Positions 15,301-27,038 of a DNA stretch of 64,000 nt are shown here, in pieces; position 1 is the stretch's first letter; each line of letters opens with the position of its first letter. The notes under the pieces were generated by a model. That model made no database searches. It saw only the letters and a list, made by a program, of their open reading frames with translations, and had not been told where the DNA came from. Both the position numbers and the translations under genes were made by a program. Origin of the DNA: Tubulanus polymorphus (taxonomy: Eukaryota; Animalia; Nemertea). The stretch lies in contig NC_134025.1 in the NCBI RefSeq assembly GCF_964204645.1, forward strand, positions 26,330,299 to 26,394,298, written 5' to 3'.

Positions 15301-16764
15301 CAGACATTATCCTGTCCATTGGCGTGTATCATGAACCATCGTTGTATCCGTGTAACTGTCAAGACAATGTAATAGATTCCCTGTCAATCTGACAATCGGC
15401 TACCCATAACAACACCGGTCACAACGAAATATATGTGATCATGTCGCAATCTTTATTCCAACTTTTGATGTAAAATCGATGTCAATTCAATAGTTTAATC
15501 CTGATAAATGAGCCTACTTGGTCTGTCGGATTATTCTTTTTAGGCAACGTGAAATACCGCTACTTTACCGCTAATAAACCGCTTATATATCTGCGAACAT
15601 ACCGAGCCGTAATGGAAACTAGCAACTTCACTGAACACTGAAGTTGATAGATACTTCATCCGTTTAGAATTTGATAAGTCTTTTAGCAAATTTAAGAAGA
15701 TAAACTATTTGTATCCATGGTTGTACCAATGTCACACAATTCTCACTGATTCGCCAAATGAATAAGACCCATGGTAACTCATCCTTCATTCTATGTATCT
15801 TTGTTTTGTATTTTTCGCATGAAAGCTTTTCATTGACTAATTATAACCATGTCTATTTATGGGATGTGCAAAAAATAAAACATCATCACATTGATTAATG
15901 TTGAACGTGATGAAAAAGAAAAATACATATCTAGTGCTGCTTTTAATTTCATTTCGGTTTCAGGCAACAACACTGAAATTATGTTCAAAATCGTATATCC
16001 TTGTGGGTGAAAAAGTTGCAATCGGAGTAGAATTGCCACACTAATCTTTGCGGTGTCAACATGCAGATATACTTAATATAAAAAGGCCCGAAGCACACTT
16101 GAAATTCCAACCCTATGATTACACTTAATGGCCACCGAATGTCAAAAGCGTGTCATCTTCTCGTTATTTGAAATGGTAACAAGTTCGTCGAAGGCCCAAT
16201 AAATCGTGACTGCCGGGTTACTAAAACTAATGCATGTTGACTATTAGTACTTCACAAGACTGCTTTTTAACGACCGTTGGCTAATTTTTTTCGTTTGATC
16301 CAATCACAGAACGAACGCCGTTTCCACGTCAGAATTTCAGTAGATATCGATTCGCAGGCGGTAGATTACTTGAAGGCAGTTTACCCGAGCCGTAAATATA
16401 TCGGTCTCGAGATTCTGAAGTTCCTGAAATCCCACACGGCAAATCGGAATAAGAACACTCGATTGACTCAAATTGGAGGTTACTAACTCCAAACTACTCA
16501 AGAAGTATCAAGACTTTTTCTACGAACAAAATCAAAATCACACCACGAACTGTCAAATAGTGTAATCCCAATTCAACTGGATATCTATGAACCACTTTTC
16601 AAATCAGTAATAGTTTTTTGCCATTGATATTTTTCAGAAATAACTAATGCCATTCACGCGTACGATTAGCTGAAGCTCGCCGTCTCCCAGCGCCCAATCT
16701 TAGATCTTTAGAGGCTTCGAAGTGATGCACCCTTTGGACATATATACATCACCGATAAAGCAAT

Positions 16765-19700
16765 ATGTCTTCAGGGATTCTAAGCACGTATAGTGAGTGG
16801 GAAGATGAAAATACTAACAACACTTCAAAGGATAGACTTTCCACCGTCGCATTGACAAACTTCACCGGACTGGGAAACTCAAACACGAATAACCGAACGA
16901 TTCAACTGTATGATTTCTACCGGGTAAGCTTTACTTCACATTTTTTTCAATGAAAAATTGAAAAGTAGCCGCGACATCGTCCCATTGATCGTCCAATTTG
17001 AACCAGTTCTTAATGGCTTTTAACAGAGTTTTAACCTCTGACTCTATGGTGTGTATATTGGAAATCATTATGACCGATGTATTGCTGGTTATAGCGTTTT
17101 CATTTGATCACGCTCGCGCCATTAACATGAGCATTAATTTCCGGCTTGTCGACGAAAACTTTCAAATCATGATACAAACTAATTGAAGTCGACAAATGTT
17201 ACCGATAAACTGATTAAGATACAGAAAATGACAGAGTCTCTTTAGTTTGAAATTTACCGACAATCATAATTTCAATCAAACTAGTTTATGTAGATTAAAT
17301 GCCCGCCAGAAGGTAGAGTTCGTCATCCAAATTCTTAACAAAAATCTAAAATCACATTTCTTTTCATGTAAGCGCATATCATCTACATCGATGTCTTACC
17401 AAATATGATGATCGATGGTACTTTACCAACTTAAGACTTCAATTTGTTGGCAAAGAAATTATATGAATGGTTTATTTTGAACGGGAATTAGATCTTACTA
17501 TTTTTTGGTTGTGATGTGTAGAGCAAATATGAAAATAGGTGGCAATTCTTGTCGACACATGGAAGGAGATGAACGACGACTCATCGGTCATGTTTTACTC
17601 ATTGATTGGTAGAAAAAGTCTGTTCACACTTCGGCGTAATCGCTGTTCGATAAATCCGTGGAGATTTCCATCGACATGTTTATCGCGGTGGTATGATTTT
17701 TTTACGGAAACACCTGCCTCATATGGGTTTATTGGCCGTGTAATCCATCGGTCACAGTACCATCCAATTTAATGCATCATTTCCGATATCGTTTTAGATA
17801 TTGAATTTCTTAAATTATGTCGTTTGGGAACTTCGTAATAATTTTTCTGCAAAATTTAATCAATCCTTAAAACTGATGTCGGTTTCGCGTGTGTGTCCGT
17901 AAGTTGATCTAGACCATACGTACAATATTGAGATTAACTTCAGCTAAATCTGTCAATCTGTAAATTTGTACCAAACATGAAAATTCACTTTTACGTTTCG
18001 TTCGTTTTAACTTCCATCGATGACTGTTTACATACGAGGTTTATGATAAAGGTTGATGTCCTGTGTTTCGGTGACATATACAACTAGCGACCGGTAATCA
18101 CAGCTGCAGGAACCTCTTCTTGGTGAAGTAAGGAATCTTCCTCATTCAAGTGTTTGAATGCAAACATTCACGAATCAGATCATGCAAATAAAGCTATAAT
18201 GAGACGGTCGTTCTATGGAAAATGATCGCAACGATATTTTACGGCCCTAACGTGTTGCAAAATCTCGTAAATTAACGCGGTTTACACGGAACGTGATTGG
18301 AAATTTGAGCGTCTTAATTGCTGCAACGACTGGCGCAGAATAGTCACCAAAATTAATACCGGGCACCGCGATGGATGCAATGATTTTGGCAAATCTCGGA
18401 GTGTTTCTCGAATTTGATTAAATACATGCTCGCGCTTCTCAGACAAGTTCATTAGAAAATCTTTTCCTTTGCACAACGAATTACCTTGTCGGTTGACACG
18501 TACCCGGCACCTAGAGATGCTTATGACGAGAGAAGATTGATGATTGAATTATGTATCGAGTTATGCGCATATTTTCGACCCTCGCTGTACAGTTAGGACT
18601 TCTGTCTACTAAAAAAAGGCCACTACTTGTCGTGTTTACTACTCCGATATTCCCTCAAGGCTTAACCTGAAAGACGAGCCCTTACACTGATTGATCTCAT
18701 TTATTCATTGATTGCCTATTGCCAATTGCATTTAATTTTTACAGATTCCGCAACTAATAGTCATGACATGTCTGTTCGTCGTAATAATGGTTGGTAACGT
18801 TAGTCTACTGATTGCTATATGTCTGTCGAAGAAACGAACGAGAATGACATTTTTCATTATGCATCTTGCAATTGCAGGTAAGAAAAGATTCGTTTGCATT
18901 TTTAATATATCCGTAGCCATTGGAATCTCATTCATATCCAAATCATTTAGTCATCTATCAATAACATGTATCGATATGATGCTGGAATTTAAGTGACCTA
19001 ATGGCATTCGCGCGATTTTGACATCTAAACCAGACTGCATTTTACACTTCAGGGTAACATTAATCAATGTAAACCTGAAACTGTCATCGAGCCCGCTATG
19101 AATGACCATTCAGCAATTATTCAAAAGCTTCTTAAGTATAGTATTTCTCGTTCTGCGTTGCAGATATGTTGGCTGGCGTTGGCAACCTGCTTCCAGATCT
19201 GATCTGGAAGTTTACTATCGAATGGAGAAGCGGTTACATCGAGTGCAAACTCGTCAAATTAATGCAGGTAAATGTGGGAAGAACGCTTTATGTCGTTGGC
19301 AAGCAGAAATACCCGCAGAGACACGCTCGTGGGGAACGTGCGCGTAAAAAATGAAAGAATTATGACGCAGATATTGAGCTAAGATATCAAATATTGAGTA
19401 TTTTCCATACTCATTAATATGCAAAACATAAGCCAAAATTTACGCTATTGGTTTTTATGCAAACACGGGAATCATTCGACTTGTAAACTATGCGATTTCG
19501 TGATACGGACATGCCGACGAGGGAATTGTACCATGACTATCACTTTCAAAATGATTCTTGGAATTTGTAAAAAAAATCACAAAAATTTCACTCAAATGCA
19601 CTGGGAAATAACTCTTATTCTAGCCGCCAGCAGTTTCATTGTAATAAAATCCAGTGCACGGAATATGGAGAATCGATTTTTATCAGGTGCAATCGGAAAA

Positions 19701-22700
19701 AAGCTTTAGGGACCCATGTGGTAACCAACACCGAGATTCAAAAAGCATTTGCAAATCTGCGCCCAAGGGTAAAACCAGAGATTTGCCTTAAAGTGAAAAC
19801 CACCAGCGATACATTCAGAATTCCACGAATTATATACTTCACTATAGGATTTGAATAAAAATGTCAAGTGGAACAAAAAATTAATCTTAAGATTTGATTT
19901 TGCAGGGAACCGTAACATTTGGCTCGACGTATGTTTTAGTCGCGATGAGTATCGATCGTCTTGACGCAATTGCCAGACCGTTAAATTTCCGTGGAAGCGG
20001 TAAGCATAATGTATATTAAAATTCGGGATACGGCTTGATATCTTCAGATCAGGGTTTATTTGTAAAATTTGCAATTCAGCTGAATGTGCTCGCAGTATAA
20101 CAGAAAAAGAAGAATTACGACAGCAGTGCAGCATACGATGATTGCTGTATTTTCTGTAATTAAGATCGCCGAGCGTGACGTATTTCAGTCATCAAACGAT
20201 TCTCTGTCTTTCATCGTCAATCATACATAACTCATATATTCCATCGGCTTATTGCACAGAAAAAAACTAAAAGCGGTTTTGTACATCGCCCGACAAAGTG
20301 GGAAAACAAATACGGCCGAAGAGCAAAGATCATAAAATCCATCGTCCAAATTGCAATCGGTCCGACATGCTGAATAAAGATCAATCAAGAAACAAAAACA
20401 GCGTTTATCTTTGGTGTTGTATAGAATGGCCTATCACGATAGATGTCTGAATTAAGTAAATGGCAAAGGCGTGTTCACTACTGATAGACATATAGCGTAT
20501 AATGATACCATGAGCAAAATACTAGCAAAAGATATTGACTGAAGTTGAATCTCATCGTCGACCCCCGGTATCGCCTCTCGGGGTCGTCAGATTTCTTCGA
20601 TCGGAATCGACGAACGATTAACATTTCCTTCCCCTTAAGTATAAAAGAGCGTATGAAATAATCTAAAGCACTCGCCCAAAACCATCGTTTATTTATTACT
20701 TGTTTATACATATATATATAGATATATGAGATAGCAGCATGTGTTAGCCCATAACTTTGCCGAGTTGTGACCCAGGGAAAGGTTCCATCACTTTTGATCT
20801 GACTATTTAAATATGACGTGTTTCGCAGCAATTTCATGATTGTCGTCTTCACGATCAATATCTGTTGATGTTATTCTGAAGATTGATGTTTGTCTAGGAA
20901 CGAAGGCTGACGTCGAATAAACTCAACACTGGCTGTCACCGCATTAAGATGTTCGTACTTTCGAAAACCAAACTCTAACGTCGTTGCGCTCTACCCTGCG
21001 TTTATTCTTTGTTTATTTCAGGAACGAGGAATCTATTTCTGATTATAGTAGCTTGGGGATTTTCGCTGTTATTTTCAATACCGATGGCAGTTTTATACGA
21101 CACGAAAGAAATGCAAGGTCTAACTCAATGTTGGATGATACTTACGCTACCCCATCACTGGCAGGTAAATATGGAATCACAACTTGCCGAGTGCGCTGAA
21201 GCTAACCAAATGTACTGCTTACAACAAAATCTCATTTCTTTATCTTGTCGAGCAGTAGTTACGTGACAATTAGATATCCGATTATTTACTAAAAGATCTT
21301 ATGCACTGATCTAGATCTGTTTGTAATAAATGTAAATTTAATTACGCCTGTTGGCATCGGATGCGGATACGTTGTTGAAGATACCGCATGAGTATAAGAC
21401 TGCAACAATCCTGAAAGGAAAAAAGAATATCTGAACAAACGACAAAACTTAATTTCTAACCAACATTTTCTTCCAGTTGTATATTACGTTGATATCGGTG
21501 GCACTGTTCTTTATCCCAGCAATTATAATTGCGATGTGCTACATGATAATCGTAGATATAATATGGTCTCGTAGTTCAATACTATCCACGCCATCCGGGA
21601 CACCTTCAAAACGTAACAACGGTACGTATAGCGCCAGGCAGAGTCTATCGACAACATCTTACTATCCTCTGAAACAATCATTTGATAAGGCCAGACAATA
21701 TTATTTCTCACCTGTTCGTTATCAAACAAATCCCCTTTCTTTAATATAGCACACGTTTAGATAGGTAACTGAGCAGTAAAGAGGCAATTGCTATACCATG
21801 ACATCCGGAAGATACGAAGAAAGTTGATATTTAATGTGTACAAAATCAAATCAGCTTGCATCTCATTCATCTTAGGAACACCGAGTAGTGTCACTTCTAG
21901 AGAAAGCGGTAACGATGAGAGAAAACAAGGTTCACAAGGACTTATTCCTAAAGCGAAAATAAAGACAGTGAAAATGACGTTGACTATCGTGTTAGGTAAG
22001 CTAATGAAAGGAAATGCAATTTCAAACAAATTACACTAATCATCACTGTCACAGTTCATGCTGGATATAACTTTCAAATGATATACATGACATCCTAACT
22101 GCTATTACATTTCAGTTTTTATCCTCTGTTGGAGTCCATATTTTGTGTTCGACCTGTTGGACGTCTACGGCGTTTTACCAATAACTCAAACACGGCAAAG
22201 TGTCAGCATATTCGTACAGAGCCTGGCATCACTCAACAGTGCCGCTAATCCAATAATTTACTGTTTATTCAGTAACAATATTTGTGTTAATTGGAGGTAA
22301 GTATCAGATATTATGATCAGTGCTTGTTTTTTCCAATCGATTCGCGATGTCTTTTGAGAAAACAAAGGCACGCCATGTATGGTATATGTATATTGTGTAT
22401 AACGCTACGAGCTTGTATTTGATAGTCCGGATTGATAAATTGAGAGTAGATTCGTGTGAATAGTTGAGCTTTACCTGTTTAATCACTAATTGAGTTCCTT
22501 TCATCACCTCTTTAAGAACAATTCTGTTCGTATTCTATAGAATAAGTTTATTGATGTTTATTGATGTATCCATTGATACTTCGTCTTATGTTGTCGAAAG
22601 TATACTAACCAACTTCCTGTTTTCTTTTACAATTTTTGCTGCACGTAAAATTTATTAGACGAAAGACGCTCGCAAAGCAACTGCACAAATCTTCTCTGCT

Positions 22701-23408
22701 ATAGGTAAAAAGTTACTCAAAATTCATCCAATTCTCTCTATTCTTCTCTTATCATTCTAGACCCTCTATTGCTCTCAATTACCTGAAGATTCAATAACTA
22801 ATCTTCAAATGATTATACAGTTACACCTAATGATTTATCCTTGCATCCATACAAAATTTAATACTACTCATAATTTACCTTTCCTCGCTTTGGTCTTACA
22901 GTCGCTTTTTACCTATAGCGGTTTCATTGCAGCGTTTTATGATGTATCTACGAAGTCTACGAATGTATAAGAGTTTTGAATGGACAGTTGATTTTCTGTT
23001 ATATACCAAGTATTGGTTTGCGATCTTATGTTGTTTTCTATTCTTTTTAGGCGCTTTGAGTGCTGTGACAAGATGATATCCAGACTGTGTCCTTGGGCAC
23101 CTCGATTACAAGGCCGGCTTCATCAGTCGTTTTATTCTAACTCGACCACGTATTGTACAGTGAATAGTGAAGGTGAAAGCAGATTGATTCGGTCGCCGCG
23201 ACAAGGCAGTGGCTACAGCAGTACATGTAGACGAAATTCTGGAACACCGTTCATTAAACCCAATCTCAGCCTCAAAGAGAATCAAATACTTATGCGGCAT
23301 CTGAGTAACAACCATAAATATGTGAGCGGCAGTGATTCAACCATTGGTTCAGCAGCCGAATCGTCTGACGGCCTGCTAGCTACGATCGGAACAGGAACAA
23401 TTGTTTAG
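16765..23408 (+). CDS. CCAP-R: Cardioacceleratory peptide (CCAP) / neuropeptide S receptor-family class A GPCR, 9 coding exons, ~478 aa
   Basis: Hand-spliced exons 16765-16923, 18745-18877, 19164-19267, 19906-19999, 21022-21164, 21477-21621, 21876-21995, 22116-22296, 23051-23408. All introns are GT-AG, phases (0,1,0,1,0,1,1,2) are consistent and the total is 1437 nt. The protein has a glycosylated N-terminus (NNT, NTS, NFT, NRT), TM1 GN, TM2 [21 protein letters not shown], the ECL2 [27 protein letters not shown] and [14 protein letters not shown], closely resembling insect CCAP receptors as I recall them. An acceptor (ttttcag, 16631-16637) indicates the exon begins at 16638 with 5'UTR. Confidence 0.9.
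22659..22704 (+). CDS. Candidate alternative/cassette C-terminal exon of the CCAP-type receptor (encodes [15 protein letters not shown])
   Basis: A perfect TACTAAC branch point at 22603-22609 is followed by a pyrimidine tract; the first downstream AG is at 22657-22658. The exon is in frame with the phase-2 end of exon 8, ends in TAG, and is followed immediately by GTAAAA. Confidence 0.5.
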
Positions 23409-23848
23409 TCTTCTATAACGTGTAATCTTGATTTTAATACGAACCGAAGTGAACTAAAGTCGTCACTCGAGTTAAATACTACTTTGCCGTTGTTCGGCTT
23501 AAGACCAGCAGCAAATATGTACAAAGACTTCTGTATAGTTACGAATGTTCCTGGCTATCATTGGTTATCATAATAAGTGAATCTGTTATTAATGATTGGC
23601 ATGGCTGAATATTCCCAAATGCGTAAAAGTACTTTCGTGGTTTGAAAATCCTTTGCACGTTGATTCAGAAAAGATACCGAAGAATTGAAATGATTTAAAT
23701 ACTTATTCTTTCTGCGTATTATCCTCCTCTCCATATTTTCATTAGTACATTGACGTGTTGTATTATTTGTTTACGATATATTGTTTATATGAAATATAAT
23801 ATTCTCGTTATATATACATGTATATGTACATACCTCTTGAGAAAAAAA

Positions 23849-24166
<318 letters not shown>

Positions 24167-24648
24167 ATGGACAGGGTATTTAGGAACGGCCCAGCGTAAG
24201 GTATAATAGAAGTCGTGTTGCATATTTCAAAAATAAATTCGGATTCGTTTCGAGTTATTTGGATCCCCTCACGCGAATCAAATGTAAACAAACGGCAATT
24301 CGTTCAAAGCAAAAGGTTTACGTAAGGAATGTCACTAAGGATTAATTTGTAATCCATTCGATATATCAAATGGCCATCAACCTATACTTTCGCTGACAGA
24401 ATACACGAAACAGTGGATTGATTACGCCTTCGGCAATACTCCGCAAGGTAATGAAAATAGATGATTGAATTAGTTCTAACGTTGCAAGTTGGATAAATTT
24501 GAGCCCGGCGCAAAACAGGATACACCAAACAGCTCTAAGATGATTCTTGTGAGCGAAAAGGAGAAGATAGATAACGCATCGCATTTCTATATATCATCTT
24601 AGTTCTGGCTCACAGAAATGATTTGGTAGCGAATATTCACGACGATTT

Positions 24649-25345
24649 TATGGTGGCTGATAAGGGCCATAGCGTAAAATTCCTGGTATGTAAATGAGGG
24701 CGCCAGAACGCCAGAACGCCAAAACGAAAAAAAACGTCCAATTTTCTCTGAAAGTTCGTTTTGGCGCGCCAAAACGGAGAATATTCCGTTTTGGCGGGGG
24801 CCAAAACAACGAAAAACGTCGAAATTTCTCTAAAAGTTCGTTTTGGCGCGCCAAAACAAAGAAAATTTCGTTTTGGCGCGGTTATTTCCGTTTTGGCGCC
24901 CCCGCCAAAACCAAAACAAGCATTCAACCACAGTAAAATTATTTTACAATTTGGCGCGTTGATCTTGTGTGTAATTTGCATAAATTTGCATATATGAAAA
25001 TATTTTACGTATATATAGAATTATTTTACGTGGTTTAAGGTTCGTTTTGGCGGGGGCGCCAAAACGGAATATTCTCCGTTTTGGCGCGCCAAAACGAACT
25101 TTTAGAGAAATTTCGACGTTTGTTGTTTTGGCGGGGGCGCCAAATCGGAATATTCGTTGTTTTGGCGCGCCAAAACGAACTTTCAGAGAAAATTGGACGT
25201 TTTTCGTTGTTTTGGCGGGGGCGCCAAAACGAAAGTTCGTTTTGGTGGGGGCGCCAAAATGACAAAACGTTTTGGCGTTCTGGCGTTCTGGCGCCCTCAT
25301 TTACATACCAGGAATTTTACGCTATGGCCCTTATCAGCCACCATA
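24649..25345. mobile_element. Non-autonomous foldback/MITE-type DNA transposon (~700 bp)
   Basis: A perfect 78-bp terminal inverted repeat (24649-24726 / 25268-25345) includes terminal TA (likely a TA target duplication). Further imperfect inner inverted arms are built from TTTTGGCGCGCCAAAA-type units around an AT-rich centre. Confidence 0.85.
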
Positions 25346-27038
25346 GGAAAACGAAACTTATTACCATCATTATGGTACCCGATACAAAATTTAGATTTAC
25401 GTATTTCCTACTGTCGTTGACATCAGTTCGACCACTCTTCACACGTTCATAGACGGCGTATTGAGATCAACATCCAAAATGAGTAGCTTTATTCAAGATT
25501 CAAACAGTCGTTTTTGAAGAGATATGCAGAAACAATCATCCCAAGAAGATTATCGGAAAATTAAGGATAACATTGTTTGAATGTTTTAATCTATCAGGAT
25601 TATTCTACTCTTATTGTGCGACCAGTATTATGACAAGTTATGAAAGTTAAGCACAGTGGTTTCGATCAAATAAAAGAATTAGTTGAGTCAATTTTATGCG
25701 ACGGCCAAAAACGACAGGAAATACTTTTGATATGAATCGAAAAATATATAGAATCTCGGCGGCAACTATCTGAAAATGTTAGAAATACAAAACCGATTCC
25801 ATCTATTAGCAAATATTTTCTATAAAACATTTTCATTCAGTAACTCTGAGTAATTTATGTGCGATGGTATTGGCCACATGCCTTGGAACTAAGAAGTGAC
25901 CATCGCTAAGCACAGATCAGCTCCACGTTCATCTACTAGAAATGATTTTTCATTAACATCTGTTGTCTGGGAAACCATGGAGAAAAACGCACGACTTTTC
26001 GCAGCTCGATTTAATGACAGGTTTGGAGGCGTTCATTCTCATAAATATCGAGACGCACGAAAGAGACGCACGAAAAGTCGTAAATCCTCAAAAATCCTAT
26101 GTTACGGTGCATTTGGTGGTAGAATCTGCTTTCTACACGGTGTCAAGTGTAGGTATTCGAAATATCGTCAACTATAATTATATAATGTATGGGTAAACGT
26201 TACGCAGTCTAACACTTGAAGCATTGCTGCCTCAGCATCGAGATGAGTGTTACCGTAGGAATGTCACATTCCGGCCATTACAGGCATTCAAATGTCAATC
26301 AAGTGAGTTTCTCTTATTTTTCATACATATTTCCTTTCTTTGTGTTGTAGCCTTTTTCCGGTGACTATCTTTTTTTATTACTGAAACATATCTCAGGTTG
26401 TGGGTCATCGTCAAATGTAGGGGACAAAATGCATGTTCTCTTTAGGCTGCCATATTTCTGATATCATTAAAAAATGGTACCGACTCAAAGAATAGATAAT
26501 CAAATTGTGTCAAATTTTGACACACTTAGCTATGTTCAAAGTATTTTCCGTGGCATATTGTGTTTACAGAAAATAAACGCTGTTTTTCTGGAATTGTGAA
26601 ATCATCACAAACGGATTGATCAAATTGATATGTCCCCAGGAATGTTGTGCATACTAGCATATACATATGAATATGATGGCAATCCGTCGCTGTATAGTTT
26701 TAGTTTGATAAGCCATATGAGCACCATTTAGCGTAACTAACTGCGTTCATTTGTTAATGGAATACGAAATTTGAAACTCGATGTGATGCGCATGAGTAAA
26801 TCACATTTTACGGGTTACATCAGTCTGTTGTTATGTCCAAAATAGAAACTAGATACTTTTGTACTCAAGAGTTTGATTTGTTCTTATTTTTTACCTAGCG
26901 GATATCGAGCAGTGTTGTTTCCATTGTGAACTATACTTGTAAAAATATATCCACAAAAAGATGCATTCATTAGCAATCAATAGACTCAGAGAGCTGAGCG
27001 CTGAGTTTTCTCTTTCACGAGGAGTCATGGTGTGACCG

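Noticed and set aside
19954-19962. DRL instead of DRY in GPCR TM3
   Set aside because: The Tyr is the most variable position of the motif, and Asp-Arg are intact.
24700-25290. Regularly recurring palindromic units superficially like a CRISPR array
   Set aside because: The context is eukaryotic, the spacers are themselves repeated in inverted orientation, and no cas genes are present.
24637-25452. Cluster of overlapping 70-120 aa ORFs with FGAPK repeats
   Set aside because: They are a by-product of the GC-rich repeat units of the foldback element; there are no transposase motifs.
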